From Candidatus Latescibacterota bacterium (GTDB lineage: Bacteria > Latescibacterota > UBA2968 > GCA-2709665): a DNA stretch of 64,000 bases. Positions 62,117 through 64,000 of this stretch are shown piece after piece; positions within the stretch are counted from its first letter, which is position 1, and each line of letters opens with the position of its first letter. The notes under the pieces are model-generated. The model did not search any database, was not told the DNA's origin, and saw only the letters and a list, made by a program, of their open reading frames with translations. The DNA is taken from positions 1,888,001 through 1,952,000 of the forward strand of contig OZ244744.1 of assembly GCA_965219455.1 (NCBI GenBank), read 5' to 3'. A program made the translations under genes and the position numbers.

Positions 62117-63088
62117 CTACATTACCCGGCACTCCAGGTCCGTCGCCATAGCCGCTGCGGGCGTATGGTGATGGTCCATCGGCGGGGTTGTCAGGTAGTG
62201 TACGTACATGATGCAGGGCTGCCCGGGGAACGGGAAGATCGTCCGGAAGCGGCCATTGGGTTCCACCTCGTAGCGTACGGCGGCTTTCCCGGACCACGCG
62301 CCGACAGCCGCGACGTCCACGGTGGACGTGTTGTCCGTCACCACGGCCCAGCTTGTGCCCTCGCCGTCGGCCCGCTGTCTCGCGCCGAACGCGGAGTACA
62401 GGGGCCCATCCGGCAGACTGAAGTTGCTTTCGACGACAACTGTCGCAATTTGCGACACATCGCCCGACACGACCTCGTGCTCGGCCCGGAACCAGGAAAC
62501 CCCCGAGTAAAAGGTCATATGCGCGACAAACTCGTATCCGCCGCCGTAGGTCCCGTCCACCCTCAGACGGGCCGTCCGGGGACCACGCGTCCGGATATCG
62601 ATCCGGACCTCGCCCGAGGGGAACAGGATCCTGCCGTCCTTGAGCACGAGCGCCGGCCCGGGCGCTCCCGCCCCGTGAAACGCCCTGCCGTCGAAAATCA
62701 CGTTCTCCACCAGGTTGAAGCGCCATTGCCGGACCTGGTAAATCACCGGCCCCTGCTGCACCTCGATCGGGTCCTTGCCGGCGCGCACGTCGATGGGATT
62801 CGCAGGCGGGGCGGGCGGCGGCGTCCCCTGTCCGTACTCGAACGTGAGGACCTCCTCCCCTCCAGCGGGGAGCCGGGCAGGAAACGCGACCTCCGCGGTC
62901 CTCACGCTGCCATCGTCCCAGGTCTCCAATCCGTCCACCTGCACGGGACGCGGTTCGCCGCCGCCGTCCAGCATTCGCGCCGGGCCGCCCGCGGTGAACT
63001 CGCCGGGCTCAAAGCCCACCGTTACGGCGCACGGAAAATTCCTCCTGGCAAACCCATCCCGTTCGGAAATCCGGATCTCTTTGCGCAT
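62117..63088 (-). CDS. Hypothetical protein resembling N-terminal beta domains of lyase-associated proteins
   Basis: ERDG..R..P and PVQ...W.DGS patterns; GAGGTG RBS. Confidence 0.6.
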   Translation of the reverse strand: MRKEIRISERDGFARRNFPCAVTVGFEPGEFTAGGPARMLDGGGEPRPVQVDGLETWDDGSVRTAEVAFPARLPAGGEEVLTFEYGQGTPPPAPPANPIDVRAGKDPIEVQQGPVIYQVRQWRFNLVENVIFDGRAFHGAGAPGPALVLKDGRILFPSGEVRIDIRTRGPRTARLRVDGTYGGGYEFVAHMTFYSGVSWFRAEHEVVSGDVSQIATVVVESNFSLPDGPLYSAFGARQRADGEGTSWAVVTDNTSTVDVAAVGAWSGKAAVRYEVEPNGRFRTIFPFPGQPCIMYVHYLTTPPMDHHHTPAAAMATDLECRVM

Positions 63089-63177
63089 TCCGGTCACCTC
63101 GATATCTCCGCCATCGCCTTCCGTGTCCCGTCCCGGAAAGATGTCACCATTCGGCAATCTATTTCCGGGACAGAACA

Positions 63178-63948
63178 CTATTGCAACTCGAGTTCCACCC
63201 ACTTTGAGGCCATGCGGCGGATACGCGGCTTCTCGCTGTTCAGAAAATCGTCGGTGAAGGCCCTGCCCGGCTGGCTGTACTGGAACCGGGCCATCAGATC
63301 GATCAAGACGCGGTGGTTCGCCTTCAATATCTCAACGTGCTCAGGCTCGGTGGCCTCCGGAACGAAATTCACCGCCAGGTGGCGCCTTCCCACCGCGCCG
63401 CCGTAGGCCGCGTGCCAGATGTTCATGTTCAGGAACAAAACGTCTCCCGGAGTGGATTCCAGGAAGTAGCACGGTACGTCCGCACCGGGCACGCCCATTT
63501 TATCCATGGGCTTCAACGCCTCATGAAACGGCAGGCGGTGGGATCCGGGGATCACCCGCAGACAGCCGGTGTCTTTGGTGAGGGTATCCAGATACAGAGA
63601 GACCTTCATCGGCGGAAAGTTCGGTCGGCTACCGTCGGGATGCCATTCCGTTTCGCCCACGTACAGATTGCCCTCGGAGCAGAGCCAGTGAAACCCGGGG
63701 CCCAGCAGGCGTTCCACGGTCACATAGATGCGGTCGTCCTCGACGAGATCCGTCAGCAGCGGATGGTGCTCTGCGATTCCATAGAGCGACTGCCGTATCT
63801 CGCCGGGAAAAGGCCGGCCGTCCCGGTCTTTCTCGAGCAGGTCGTCGAATGTACGGCCGATCGCGTCCATCTCCTCCGGGCCGAACGCCCCGCGCAGCGC
63901 AAGAAAGCCGAACGTCCGGAAAAATTCAACCTGTTGATCGGTAATCAT
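63178..63948 (-). CDS. PhyH family dioxygenase
   Basis: FF.TFGFL, WHPD, GCLRVIPGSH and WHAAYGG..RR motifs. Confidence 0.9.
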   Translation of the reverse strand: MITDQQVEFFRTFGFLALRGAFGPEEMDAIGRTFDDLLEKDRDGRPFPGEIRQSLYGIAEHHPLLTDLVEDDRIYVTVERLLGPGFHWLCSEGNLYVGETEWHPDGSRPNFPPMKVSLYLDTLTKDTGCLRVIPGSHRLPFHEALKPMDKMGVPGADVPCYFLESTPGDVLFLNMNIWHAAYGGAVGRRHLAVNFVPEATEPEHVEILKANHRVLIDLMARFQYSQPGRAFTDDFLNSEKPRIRRMASKWVELELQ

Positions 63949-64000
63949 ACCCTCTCCTTTCGCAGTGTCGAATCGCCTGTCCTGTTGCCCCGTTGAGATG

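Noticed and set aside
62097-62726. N-terminal extension of the 560-aa oxidoreductase ORF as a fusion
   Set aside because: It overlaps the upstream gene in another frame; the Rossmann motif begins at GTG 62096.

Overview
High-GC bacterial window. The many PhyH dioxygenases, Gfo/Idh/MocA oxidoreductases and heparinase-like lyases suggest a glycan-degrading lineage such as Latescibacterota or Poribacteria (inference only). Carbohydrate-catabolic flanks (0.1-6.9 kb and 35.9-64 kb) enclose a ~28 kb defence island (7.2-35.8 kb). The island backbone is a SNF2 helicase-DUF3883 / DUF1156 methyltransferase / DUF499 ATPase system whose three genes are pushed apart by cargo: an E2-only CBASS operon with a divergent HTH-ImmA regulator, two ABC-ATPase + nuclease pairs, a HATPase-STAS-PIN trio, HEPN/MNT, a Schlafen-like protein and a duplicated DUF488. 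The most striking sequence-level observations are: (1) a complete REP-associated tyrosine transposase (RAYT), with its own inverted REP ends, inserted in frame inside the methyltransferase; (2) a second free RAYT with 48-bp REP arrays, whose REP also truncates a PemK toxin at the far end of the island; (3) an intact group II intron whose predicted EBS1 is the exact complement of a dispersed GCTATCA heptamer repeat and which sits in phase inside such an array. Domain names come from motif recognition, not database searches. No tRNA, rRNA or CRISPR array was found.
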